Of a DNA stretch of 64,000 nt, positions 29,719-40,613 are shown piece after piece. Source of the DNA: Candidatus Binatia bacterium (GTDB taxonomy: Bacteria > Desulfobacterota > Binatia > Bin18); NCBI GenBank assembly GCA_963664395.2, contig OY761159.2:4576001-4640000 (forward strand), given 5' to 3'. Position 1 is the first letter of the stretch, and each line of letters begins with the position of its first letter. Below the pieces are notes generated by a model that was given only the letters and a program-made list of their open reading frames with translations, did not search any database and was not told the origin of the DNA. A program made the translations under genes and the position numbers.

Positions 29719-29798
29719 AATGGTGCGTCGCCCTCGGCCTGCGGTGTGAAGATTCCTCCCATTTTGGTAGGGACATACGCGGCGGGATGGGGTAGGAA
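29719..29798 (+). promoter_or_regulatory. Conserved upstream element of surface-protein genes (copy 2)
   Basis: TGGTGCGTCGCCCTCGG...GTGAAGATTCCTCCCATTTTGGTAGGGACA-N17-TAGGAA; homologous to 2786-2866. Confidence 0.65.
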
Positions 29799-29863
29799 AG
29801 GCTTCGGCCCATTGCCGAATCAGCGCCCCGGACAGGGGACCGATGCAAGAGGAGAGAATAAGA

Positions 29864-32800
29864 ATGCAGAATGAGCCCAGAATCCCCCGGAGGTGTTCGA
29901 TTTTTCCAGGCCGTGCTCCCCAACCACCCCGCCCGTCCCGGCGATGGGGCGCGGGGGCGGCACTCGTCGTGCTGGCCGCCGTGCTGGGGATTGCCACGCC
30001 GGAAGACGCGCAGGCGCAGACGCCCCCGTCGTCCGATATCGAGCGCGATGCGCTGGCAGCACTCTATACTGCGACCGGCGGGGCGAACTGGACGAGCAAT
30101 GATAACTGGCTGGACGACGACACGGAGCTACGTTACTGGCACGGGGTCACAACGAATGATGACGGCGAGGTCACTCAATTGACCCTCAGGGGTAACGAGC
30201 TGAGCGGTTCCCTCCCAGCCAAGTTGGGGAACCTGGTGAACCTCACGCATCTGTATCTCCACCAAAATGCGCTGAGCGGCGCGATTCCGCCGGAGTTGGG
30301 GAACCTGGTGAACCTCACGCATCTGTATCTCTACCAAAATGCGCTGAGCGGCGCGATTCCGCCGGAGTTGGGGAAGCTGGTGAACCTCACGCATCTGCTG
30401 CTCCACCAAAATACCCTGAGCGGCGCGATTCCGCCGGATTTGGGGCTATTGGAGAACCTCACGCATCTGCTGCTCCACCAAAATGCGCTGAGCGGCGCGA
30501 TTCCGCCGGATTTGGGGAAGCTGGTGAACCTCACGTATCTGCTGCTCCGCCAAAATACCCTGAGCGGCGCGATTCCGACGGAGTTGGGAAGCTGGTGAAG
30601 CTCACGCAGCTACACCTTCAGGGCAACAAACTGAGCGGCGCGATTCCGACGGAGTTGGGGCTGAGCAGCCTGCTTGACCTGAAGCTCCACAGCAATGCGG
30701 CCTTGAGCGGGCCGCTCCCCGCCAGCTTTCCGACCGCCATGCCGGACCTCAAGGTACTGAGTGTGCAGAACACCGGAGTGACCATACCGCAGACCACGGC
30801 ATTTACGGATTGGAGCGCCCGCATCACGTCCGGCACCCAAACGAGCGACGGGGTCATCACGCTGGACGCGGCCAACACTCGTCCGAGTGGGCTGTGGGCG
30901 GACAGCACCACGCTGTATGTGGTGGGCGAAGACGGGGGGAAGGTGTACGCCTACACACTGGCCAGCGGCGTGCGAGCTTCCGCCAAGGACATTCCCTTGG
31001 CCGCGGCCAACGCTCGTCCGACTGGGCTGTGGTCGGACGGGACGACGCTCTGGGTGTTGGACTACGATGACAGCAAAATATACGCCTACACGCTGGCCGG
31101 CGGTATGCGGGACACGGCCAAGGATATTGGTCCCGTTCCCGCCGGGTACGGGCTGTGGGGGAGGAAGGACGCGCCCTGCGAGGGCTCCGACGCGACCTGC
31201 TTGCTCTGGCTGGTAAAATATATCTCAGGCCCCATCGACCTCAATGCCTACCGGATATATGAGGATACGAGTGCATCGGTGACATACGGGTCGGCGAATG
31301 CCAGCTTTGACAAGAATTTGCCAACGGGTGACCTGACTGGCATCCAAACCTATGAGCGCGGGCTCTGGTGGAAGGTCCCGGAGCCGGACGATGACCCGTC
31401 CGATGACGTGGCCACCGTATGGATTTCGGACTTCTTTGACGCCGGTCTGTACGCGTACAGCGCGAACCCGAGGGTAGAAAACGAAGCTGACATTGTGTCC
31501 GCAGCCACGCAGGATCGCATCCTGGCGCCCGCCAACCTGAGCCCGACGGCGTTCTGGTCGGACGGGACAACGTGGTGGGTGGCGGACTTCCACGCGGGGA
31601 AGGTCTTTGTCTACGGGTCCAGCGCGTCGACAGGCACCGATACGGGTACGGACACCGATACGGACACCGATACGGACACCGATACGGACACCGATACGGA
31701 CACCGATACGGACACCGATACGGACACCGATACGGCACCGATACGGACACCGATACGGACGGACACCGATACGGACACCGATACGGACACCCGCACCACG
31801 GGCGGCGGTTCAGGCGGCGGCGGTTCCAGCCAGGACGACCACGGCAACACGCCGGCGCAGGCGACCGCCGTTCCCCTGGATGTCGCCCGCACATCGAGCA
31901 CGCCGGGGCAGATCAACCCCGCGGCCGACGTGGATTACTTCAGCGCAGACGTGCCCCACGCCGGGGTGTTGGTCGTCGAGACGAGTGGTTCGACCGCCAC
32001 CGTGGGCACGGTGTGGCAAGCCGGGGCAGAGTTAGCCACCGCCGACAGTGGCGGGACCGGGCAGAACTTCCGGCTCAGTGTGCGGGTTGCCCCTGGGTCA
32101 GTCGTGATAGCCGTGGCGGGCAACGGACAGCAGACCGGGGCGTACACCCTGCAAGTGACCTTCCTGCCGGGGTATCTGGAGAATCCGGGAGCGGCATCCT
32201 TCCAGAGTGGGATTGGCGTCATCTCGGGCTGGACCTGTGACGCCGACGAAGTAGAGATTGTGTTGAACGGGGAGCCGCAGGAGGCGGCGTATGGCACGGC
32301 TCGGCTCGATACGGAGGCGGTGTGTGGCGACAGTGACAACGGCTTTGGGCTGTTGTTCAACTGGAACCTGCTGGGGGACGGCGAGCACGAGGTGGTGGCC
32401 CTGGTCGATGGGGTCGAACTCGACCGGGCGACGGTGACGGTGACGACGCTGGGGACGGAGTTTCTGCGCGACGTGACGGGGACGTGTACCGCCGCCGATT
32501 TCCCGACCGGGGACGAGACGGTCACCCTGGCGTGGCAACAGACACAGCAGAACTTCGTGCTTGTGGATGGTCCGGCTCCTGCCGGCACCACCAACCGGAT
32601 GGGCACCCCCGGCGTGGGGTATCTGGAGAATCCGGGACCCAACTCCTTTCAGAGCGGCATCGGGGTGCTGTCGGGCTGGGCGTGTGAAGGGACCGAGGTT
32701 GTCATCGAGCTGAACGGCCAGCCCCAGCCGGCGGCGTATGGCACCGAGCGATTGGACACGCTGAGCGAAGCGTGTGGGGACACGGCCAACGGCTTTGGCC

Positions 32801-33027
32801 TCTTGTTCAACTGGAACCTGTTGGGCGAGGGCGCGCATGAGGTGGTGGCGTTCGTCGATGGCGAAGAGTTAGGCCGGGCCACGGTGCGGGTGACGACGCT
32901 GGGCGCGGAGTTTGTGCGGGATGTTGAGGGAGAATGTACAGTCGAGGACTTCCCCATGCCGGGCGAGACGGTCACGCTGGAATGGCAACAGAACAGTCAG
33001 AATTTTGTCATTACGGACGTGGAGTGA
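29864..33027 (+). CDS. Secreted leucine-rich-repeat surface protein (LRR cap, 24-aa LRRs, beta-propeller-like repeats, (DT)n linker, PPC-like domain, duplicated C-terminal module); frameshift at about 30587
   Basis: Signal-like GAGAALVVLAAVLGIA...AQA, DALAALY.ATGG.NW cap and LxxLxLxxNxLSGAIPxELG repeats. One G is missing in TTGGGAAG versus TTGGGGAAG in sibling repeats, which splits ORFs 29843-30598 and 30595-33027. Confidence 0.88.
30190..30715 (+). repeat. 72-bp LRR-coding tandem repeats (about 7 units)
   Basis: CTGAGCGGCGCGATTCCG recurs at about 72-bp spacing. Confidence 0.9.
31635..31792 (+). repeat. (GACACCGATACG)n 12-bp tandem repeat encoding an Asp-Thr linker
   Basis: Direct reading; contains compensating -1 and +4 indels near 31735 and 31760. 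Confidence 0.95.
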
Positions 33028-33037
33028 GGCCGAGCCT

Positions 33038-36000
33038 ATGAGATCAGCCCCTTTTCGCCCCTTGGTCCCTGGCCTTTGGGCCGGCGTCTGGAGTCGTGAC
33101 CGGAGCTGCGCGGTCGTGCTGTTGATGCTGCTGGCCGTCCGGGGGCTGTGCCCGGCGGCCGGGCTGGCTGCTGAGCGCAGCCCGGAGCCCCAAGCTGCGG
33201 TCACGAATCTCTCTCCACCGTCGCAGTACGACACGGACGGCGACGGGCTGATTGAAATTTCGACCCTGAAGCAGCTCGATGCCATGCGGCATGACCTGGA
33301 CGGCGACGGGCGCCCGACGACCGCCGGGGAGGCAGCGTATCGCCTGGCGTTTACCGCCTTGCCGGCGGACATGCAATTGCATTGCGACGGCGGGTGCAAG
33401 GGATATGAACTGCTGGAGGACTTTGATTTCGACACCGATGACAGTGGCGCGCCCAATGCGGACGACGCCTACTGGGCCGACGGGGCCGGCTGGCAGCCCA
33501 TCGGGGGGAACAGCAACGAATTCCGTACGATCTTCGAGGGCAACGGCCACACGATCCGGAATCTGTTCATCAATCGGCCTGCGAAGGATCGGGTCGGCTT
33601 GTTCGGCCAGATCACCGGCACGTCGACCCACATCCGCCGTGTCGGCCTGATCAATGTCGATGTGACGGGCAAGGCATATGTCGGCGGGCTGGTCGGGCGT
33701 CAAACTGACGGCCACATCACGGACTGCTATGTCACCGGACAGGTATCGGGCAAATCGGCAGTCGGCGGGCTGGTCGGGTATCTCGATAGCGAGGGTGGCA
33801 GCATCACGGCCAGCTATGCCACCGTACAGGTCCGGGTCTCGAGAGATCGTAACTACGGGGGTGGCCACGCGGGCGGGCTGGTCGGGGCGAGTCATGGCGT
33901 CATCACGGCCAGCTATGCCACCGGGCAGGTGTCGGGCTCGATCCATGTGGGCGGGCTGGCCGGAATAACTTTCAGAAAAGCGTCCGGGCGTCCCGCCAGC
34001 ATCAGGTCCGACTATGCCACGGGCCCCGTCCGGGGCGGCCTATATACCGGGGGACTGATCGGGACGGCGTCTAATTCCAGTTCCAGTGTCCGGGACAGCT
34101 ACTGGGACACGGAGACCTCGGGACGGACGAACAGCTCCCGGAACAGCTCCCGGGGCACGGGGAAGACCACCGCCGCGTTGCAGACGCCCACGGGCTCCCA
34201 GGGCATTTATGCGAACTGGTCCAGACCCTGGTCCGGCAGCGCCGGCTGGCTCAGCGAGCCGCCGTGGGACTTCGGCACAAGCGCCCAGTATCCGGCGCTG
34301 AAGGCGGACCTGAATGGGGACGGCACGAAGACCTGGCAGGAGTTCGGCCATCAACTCCGGGAACGCCCTACCCTGACGGCCACCGTGACCGACGCCGGGG
34401 TGGTGTTGCGCTGGGAGGGCGTAGTGACGACCCATTGGACGCCGGCGCCGGTCGTGACCTACACGGTCTATCGCGAACGCGGTTCGAGCGTGGAGACGAT
34501 TGCTACGGGTCTGAGCGCGGCGACCGTCACCGACACCGAGGTGCGGGCCGGGACGACCTACGCCTATCAGGTCGCCGCGGTAGTGGACGGGGGCGAGGCG
34601 GTTCGGAGCGCCCGGCGGACGGTCACCATTCCGCAGAAGGGGGTGCGGCTGAGCACGACCGGCCCGCTGGAGACCACTGAGGCAGGCACGACCGCGCGCT
34701 TTACGGTGGTGCTGACCGCCCCGCCCACGGCGGACGTCACCGTGGCGATAGAGAGTAGCGATCCCAGCGAAGGCCGGGTGACCCCGGCGGAGTTGTCGTT
34801 CACCCCGGCCACTTGGGAGACGGCGCAAGCGGTGACGGTGACGGGGGAGGACGACACCGGGGTGGACGGGGAGCAGGTCTACACCGTCACGTTCACGCTG
34901 ACGAGCGCGGATACGGACTATGCCGGGCTGGCGGTCCCGCCCGTTCAGGTCCGCAACCGGGATAACGATCTCCCGCAGAACAGTCCGGCGACCGGCGCGC
35001 CGACGGTCTCCGGGCCGGCGACGGCGGGGCAGACGCTGAGCGCGTCAACGAGTGCCCTCGCCGACCCCAACGGGCTGACGCAGAGCGTGTTCACCTATCA
35101 GTGGATTGGTGTGGACGGGGGCATGGAGCAGCCCATTCTGAGGGCGACCGGCAGCACGTACACGCTGGGGGCGGCTGATGTGGGCCGGCAGCTCAAGGTG
35201 CGGGTGCGCTTCACCGATGATGAGGGCTTCTCGGAGGAGCGGACGAGTGCCGCCTATCCGCCGGATGGGACGGTGCAGGTGCAGGCGGCCGTTGTTCCTG
35301 ACCCCGGCACCACGGGCGGGCGGGCGGGCGGCGGCGGCGGCGGTTCCAGCCAGGACGAGCACGGCAACACCCCGGCCCAGGCAACCCTCGTCACCCTGGA
35401 CCGCACCCGGACCGCATCCGTGCCGGGGCGGCTCAACACGGCCGCCGACGTGGATTACTTCAGCGCAGACGTGCCCCACGCCGGGGTGTTGGTCGTCGAG
35501 ACGAGTGGGCCGACCGCCACCATGGGCACGGTGTGGCAAGCCGGAGAGGAGTTAGCCACCGCCGACAGTGGCGGGGTCGGGCAGAACTTCCGGCTCAGTG
35601 TGCGGGTCGCCCCGGGGTCGGTCGTGATAGCCGTGGCGGGCAACGGGCAGCAGACCGGGGCGTACACCCTGCAAGTGACCTTCCTGCCGGGGTATCTGGA
35701 GAATCCGGGAGCGGCGTCCTTCCAGAGTGGGATTGGCGTCATCTCGGGCTGGGTGTGTGACGCCGACGAAGTAGAGATTGTGTTGAACGGGGAGCCGCAG
35801 GAGGCGGCGTATGGCACGGCACGGCTCGATACGGAGGCGGTGTGCGGCGACAGCCGACAACGGCTTTGGCCTGTTGTTCAACTGGAACCTGCTGGGCGAC
35901 GGGGAACATGAGGTGGTGGCCCTGGTCGATGGGGTCGAACTCGACCGGGCGACCGTGACGGTCACGACGCTGGGCGCCGAGTTTCTGCGAGACGTGACGG

Positions 36001-36545
36001 GGACGTGTACCGCCGCAGATTTCCCGACCATGGACGAGACGGTCACCCTGGCGTGGCAACAGACACAACAGAACTTTGTGATTGTGGACGGTCCGGCTTC
36101 TGCCGGCATCACCAACCGGACAGGGAGAGCCGAGGTGGGCTATCTGGAGAATCCAGGACCCAACTCCTATCAGAGTGGGATTGGGGTGCTGTCGGGCTGG
36201 GCGTGTGAAGGGACCGAGGTTGTCATCGAGCTGAACGGCGAGCCCCAGCCGGCGGCGTATGGCACCGAGCGGTTGGACACGCTGGAGATGTGTGGGGACA
36301 CGGCCAACGGCTTTGGCCTCTTGTTCAACTGGAATCTGTTGGGCGAGGGCGCGCATGAGGTGGTGGCGTTCGTCGATGGCGAAGAGTTAGGCCGGGCCAC
36401 GGTGCGGGTGACGACGCTGGGCGCAGAGTTTGTGCGGGATGTTGAGGGAGAATGTACAGTCGAGGACTTCCCCATGCCGGGCGAGACGGTGACCTTGGAG
36501 TGGCAACAGAACAGTCAGAACTTTGTCATTACGGCGGTGGAGTAA
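33038..36545 (+). CDS. Secreted GLUG-motif surface protein (GLUG repeats, FN3, Calx-beta-like, Ig-like, PPC-like, duplicated C-terminal module); frameshift at about 35855
   Basis: YDTDGDGLIEI, repeated VGGLVG, SYWD.ETSG, WDFGT..QYPAL. An extra C in CAGCCGACAAC versus CAGTGACAAC in the paralog splits ORFs 32912-35911 and 35811-36545. Confidence 0.88.
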
Positions 36546-36597
36546 AGGGGTTGTACCGTGGGATCGTGCAGCCCTCAGGGCATACGATTGGGAGACC

Positions 36598-37929
36598 TTA
36601 GGTGCCGTCAAAGACTAAACGCCCGGCGGCGTTCTGAGCCTCAATCCGGGCCGCCATGTCGGGCGGCAGATTGATCGGCCGCTCGTTGGGGAATTTATCG
36701 GCCTCAACCGCCGGACGCATGAAGTACTCGTCCGGATGAGAAACGGCCGCCTGGGTCTTGATAGAGGTATCGAGATACCACTGGCGGCGCATGAAGTCCG
36801 GGCTGAAAAATACCGTTGCTTCTTCCGGTTTCCAATCCATGATCTTGTGGCTGTCATTGACCAGATAGGACATAATGTCGGTCCGCAGGTCCCAGTGGGA
36901 AATAAGCAGTGTGCCATAGCCCAGTTCTTTGCGTCCGGGATTGAAAAACTCAGCCAGCCTGACCTCAACATGGTCAAGCTCCCCGTCCTGTCCGTATTGC
37001 TCGCCGCGTAGCGGAAAGAATGAGGATTTCTCCAGCCAATACAGAAGACGGGGCGTATAATAGTCGGGCAACCACTCTGGGCGCGCCACCGCCTCAACCA
37101 CATAGCATTCAACCCCGCCGTCCAGCGTATAGTGCGGAAATCCCTCACCCATGAGCTTAATGCTCGCAGTCTGGACGGGCCGGGACTGTCCGGTTTCGCC
37201 GTTGCGCAGGATCAGGGTCGGCCGCGTGTTCGGAAAACGGACCGTCTGGTACAGTACGTCGGTGCCGATCAGCCGCCACGAAAACTCCCAGGCGGCCCGT
37301 CCCCAGGCATCGTCCGGGGTAAGGGCCATGTTGGGGAAATTGCTCTGACGACGAGGCGTGGCCTGGTGGCGCACCCGTCGAATGGAAGACGAGTAGGCGA
37401 AGCGCTCCTCCTTGGTGATCTCTTCTTTGTCCGTCCGATACCGGATCGCCAGCCACTGACCGCCTTCGGCCGCCGGCGGAGCAATCGCCTGACTCAGCGA
37501 GCGATAGATCTCTTCACCCGGTGCGGCAGACAAGACTTTGCCCACCCCGCTTGTTTCGGAATCGTAGTTGACAAAGGTGATGGAGGTGCCGGGGTTGAGG
37601 AGCACCCCTTGCGGCGCAATAGACGCCCAGGAGTTGGCCACGACAGATGACCAGCGCGTACGCGGCGTGAATTCCATGGCCCGGTAGCCCATTTCCTCAG
37701 CCGTATACGGAGGGACGAACGGATAGGCTTCGGCCGGAAGATACGGGACCTGGGCATGGCGTGGCGTATCGCCCTCAAGCTGGACCTGGGCCAGATCTTC
37801 TGCCGACATCTCTTCGACTGTTTTCCAGGTTCGAGATGTTTGCTGTGTTTGTTCGGCACCCAGGACAAAACAGGGGAAGGCCAGGACGCACAGGAGCACA
37901 ACACAACACACTATACAGCTACGGGACAT
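36598..37929 (-). CDS. Exported DUF1329/lipoprotein-sorting-like protein
   Basis: Signal peptide; YSSSIRRVR, DDAWGR, FSWRLIG, ECYVVEA...YY...YW resemble LolA-like/DUF1329 proteins. Confidence 0.6.
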   Translation of the reverse strand: MSRSCIVCCVVLLCVLAFPCFVLGAEQTQQTSRTWKTVEEMSAEDLAQVQLEGDTPRHAQVPYLPAEAYPFVPPYTAEEMGYRAMEFTPRTRWSSVVANSWASIAPQGVLLNPGTSITFVNYDSETSGVGKVLSAAPGEEIYRSLSQAIAPPAAEGGQWLAIRYRTDKEEITKEERFAYSSSIRRVRHQATPRRQSNFPNMALTPDDAWGRAAWEFSWRLIGTDVLYQTVRFPNTRPTLILRNGETGQSRPVQTASIKLMGEGFPHYTLDGGVECYVVEAVARPEWLPDYYTPRLLYWLEKSSFFPLRGEQYGQDGELDHVEVRLAEFFNPGRKELGYGTLLISHWDLRTDIMSYLVNDSHKIMDWKPEEATVFFSPDFMRRQWYLDTSIKTQAAVSHPDEYFMRPAVEADKFPNERPINLPPDMAARIEAQNAAGRLVFDGT

Positions 37930-37985
37930 CGATATTATCCTACTCTAACACTAGTGTTACAGAACCTTTTTGACTCGGACGGCCT

Positions 37986-38948
37986 TTACTCTGGCGCAAG
38001 GAGGTCGAGCGCTTTCCGGGTTGCGACCAAGCGGTCTTCGTTCACCGGACTGACTGCCAGGACCGGCATCGCCGCCCCAGCTTCGTGGAATGCTGCAAGC
38101 TGCTCTTTACACTGGCTGGGAGGACCAAACACGCAGACCTGCTCCACCATTTGCTCTGACACACAGGCTGCCGCCGCTCGGCGGTTGCCACTTGTCCAGG
38201 CTTCCTGCATGGCATTGACTTCATCCACAAAGCCACAGCGTCGCCATTGTTTGCGATAGAAAGGCAGATTCCCGAAAAACGCGAGATTATAGCGGGCCGC
38301 AGAGCAGGCCTGTTCAATGTCGTCTGACATGAACGTCGGGATACTCACAATGCAATCCACTTGGTCCGGGTCTCGTCCCGCGCGCCGGGCCGCAGTTTTC
38401 GCGGCATCAAGGAGCTGCGTCAAATAGGGCAACGCAGGCAGAAAGGGCATAATCCCGTCAGCCAACTCACCGCCGATTTCAGCGCTTTCAACCGTCACCG
38501 CACCCACATAGACCGGCACCTTATAGCTGCTCTGCTGCGGACGATGAAAGGAACTCAGGGATTCACCCCGAAACAAGGTATTCAGCGCAGTCACATACGA
38601 ACGCATATACTGCCGTGGCTGATCCATGGAGATGCCAAGAGATTCGAGCAGGGGGCGATGACTCATTCCCAGTCCGAGGATCAGCCGGCCATTCGAGAGC
38701 TCTGAAATAGTAGTGGCGGTCATGCCGGCCAAAAACGGATGGCGGAAATAGATATTTGCGATATTCGTTCCAACCTTGATCCGGGACGTCCCCAACGCAA
38801 TCGCCTCTGCACAAGCCAGGGCATCTCCCCTGCCCTCGTTGACTAAGACGGAGGCAAAGCCCTTGTCTTCAGCAATCCGGCCGAGTTCAACAAACTCCTT
38901 TGGCGGTGCCGCAGTTGCCGTCGAGAGGACAATACCTAATGGATACAT
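37986..38948 (-). CDS. LLM-class flavin-dependent oxidoreductase
   Basis: GTSRIKVGTNI, SNGRLILGLG.SH, GELADG. Confidence 0.88.
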   Translation of the reverse strand: MYPLGIVLSTATAAPPKEFVELGRIAEDKGFASVLVNEGRGDALACAEAIALGTSRIKVGTNIANIYFRHPFLAGMTATTISELSNGRLILGLGMSHRPLLESLGISMDQPRQYMRSYVTALNTLFRGESLSSFHRPQQSSYKVPVYVGAVTVESAEIGGELADGIMPFLPALPYLTQLLDAAKTAARRAGRDPDQVDCIVSIPTFMSDDIEQACSAARYNLAFFGNLPFYRKQWRRCGFVDEVNAMQEAWTSGNRRAAAACVSEQMVEQVCVFGPPSQCKEQLAAFHEAGAAMPVLAVSPVNEDRLVATRKALDLLAPE

Positions 38949-38999
38949 ACGCTTTTCCTTTGCGTCTTTGTGCTCTTGGCACTGTTGTGACACCTGTTT

Positions 39000-39281
39000 C
39001 TACGGGATGGATAGCGGTGCGTCATCCCGCTCACGAACTTCAACCGACGTTCCGCCGGCTTTCCCAAGGACGGTATCAAAAATAATAATGGTGCCCTCCA
39101 TGACTGATTGCGGAGGGATGATCTGATACCGTCCTGCCTGGGGGCGGTAGGCCAGATAGGCTAAGAGGGCAATGATGAAAAACAGTTGGAACGTTAAGAG
39201 ACGAATAAATTTATCAACGCGTTTCATGACGACCGCTGTCTCATGTGTAGAACCAGTATCCCGAGAATCTTTAGGCGACAT
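39000..39281 (-). CDS. Small hypothetical membrane protein
   Basis: One hydrophobic helix followed by GRYQ...FDT..G; purine-rich RBS upstream. Confidence 0.55.
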   Translation of the reverse strand: MSPKDSRDTGSTHETAVVMKRVDKFIRLLTFQLFFIIALLAYLAYRPQAGRYQIIPPQSVMEGTIIIFDTVLGKAGGTSVEVRERDDAPLSIP

Positions 39282-39335
39282 GCGCTCTCCTTCCTCTGTA
39301 TTTGTTCTGGGTAGCCCTTTTGCAGGGTCTGTTTC

Positions 39336-39812
39336 TTACTTTTCAACAATTGATTCTTGGGCAGCGCGTAGCGCCTGTTGAACCGCCTCTTGAGGCGTCT
39401 GCACTACCGAAACTCCTTGAATGTGAGACCACGCCTGTATAGCGGTCACTCTTTTTCTCAGAGTCAGTGCCAGTGCGACCTCGGACAGCGTTCCAGTCGC
39501 GCCAGGCAGGGCAATCACCGCATCTCCCGATGCTACCACGAGCATATTGCGGGCATGCCCGAGCCCGCTGGGGATGGCAATCGAAATGCCGGGCGCGGCT
39601 GTTGCCGCCTCATAGGTTGGGAGAATGCCGACACTGGTCCCGTTGTTTTGCGCCGCACCCCGCGCTGCCGCGGCCATAACACCGCCGAGACCGCCGCACA
39701 CGACGACGGCCTCGTGCCGGGCAATCAGACGGCCAACCTCCTCTGCCCAGCCTTCTACTTCTGCCGAGGGCTGACTGTCACCAATAACGGCGATTTGGAT
39801 CTTACGTGGCAT
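39336..39812 (-). CDS. TIGR00725/LOG-like Rossmann-fold nucleotide-binding protein
   Basis: CGGLGGVM, G.GHARN, GTLSEVALA. Confidence 0.88.
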   Translation of the reverse strand: MPRKIQIAVIGDSQPSAEVEGWAEEVGRLIARHEAVVVCGGLGGVMAAAARGAAQNNGTSVGILPTYEAATAAPGISIAIPSGLGHARNMLVVASGDAVIALPGATGTLSEVALALTLRKRVTAIQAWSHIQGVSVVQTPQEAVQQALRAAQESIVEK

Positions 39813-39846
39813 AGCGGTCGCTCAGATGTTCGTGCGCGCACCCTTC

Positions 39847-40596
39847 CTATGGGAACAGCAGCGACGCCAACTCCGGAATAGCCTGAATAGTATATTGGGG
39901 ACGTGGGCAGCCACCGGGAAGTTCGGCACCGGCGGCATTGACCCAGGCGATATCCATCCCCACTTGTTGAGCGCCCGTAATATCGTCATGGGGAGAGTCA
40001 CCAACAAAGAGGGCAGACTGGGGCGAGACATTCAGTTGTGCCAGCGTGTCACAAAATATCTTTTGGTGGGGCTTGCGCCAGCCATGTTCAGCAGAAATGA
40101 CCGTATAGGCAAAGTAGCCGGCGACCCGACCTTCCTGAATCACCCTTCTCGCGGTTGGCGCATGATCGAAATTTGAGACCAGCGCGATCGGGTAGCGTTC
40201 GCTCGCTCGGGCTACGAACTGCGTATGCGTGGGAGGAACTTCGGTCGCGTACGCGAGCAGGTCCATATGGGCCAAAGACAAAGATTCACCTAAGCGAGCG
40301 GTTTCAGGGGTGTCGTCCAGGCCGGCGTGTACTAAGGTTCGGCGAAATCGCTCCGCGGATACAATCTCGCGCATTTGTGTAGAACGGATTGCGCCGAGTT
40401 CCTGATTCACTTGGCTCAAAGCCTGATAAAATCGTTCAAAAGGCAATGCCGGAACCATTTCCGCCACAACGTCGCGCAACCGACCCATGGTGGAGCGTGT
40501 CGTCCGTCCATTCCACTCAAAAACCGGCAATTTTTCCGGATTAAACAGCGCAATGGTCCCAAATAGATCAAACAGCACAGCCTCGTAATGTTTCAC
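39847..40596 (-). CDS. HAD family hydrolase
   Basis: FDLFGT, VSN, RKP...IF, VGDS..DD. Confidence 0.9.
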   Translation of the reverse strand: MKHYEAVLFDLFGTIALFNPEKLPVFEWNGRTTRSTMGRLRDVVAEMVPALPFERFYQALSQVNQELGAIRSTQMREIVSAERFRRTLVHAGLDDTPETARLGESLSLAHMDLLAYATEVPPTHTQFVARASERYPIALVSNFDHAPTARRVIQEGRVAGYFAYTVISAEHGWRKPHQKIFCDTLAQLNVSPQSALFVGDSPHDDITGAQQVGMDIAWVNAAGAELPGGCPRPQYTIQAIPELASLLFP

Positions 40597-40613
40597 GACA
40601 GTCCTTTACGGAT

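Noticed and set aside
30190-31792. Regularly spaced repeats as a possible CRISPR or guide-RNA array
   Set aside because: The 72-bp and 12-bp units are contiguous coding repeats (LRR, Asp-Thr) with no unique spacers, and no cas genes are present.
31900-36545. Near-identical C-terminal regions as a diversity-generating retroelement TR/VR pair
   Set aside because: Both copies are coding, the differences I inspected are not adenine-specific, and there is no reverse transcriptase in the window.
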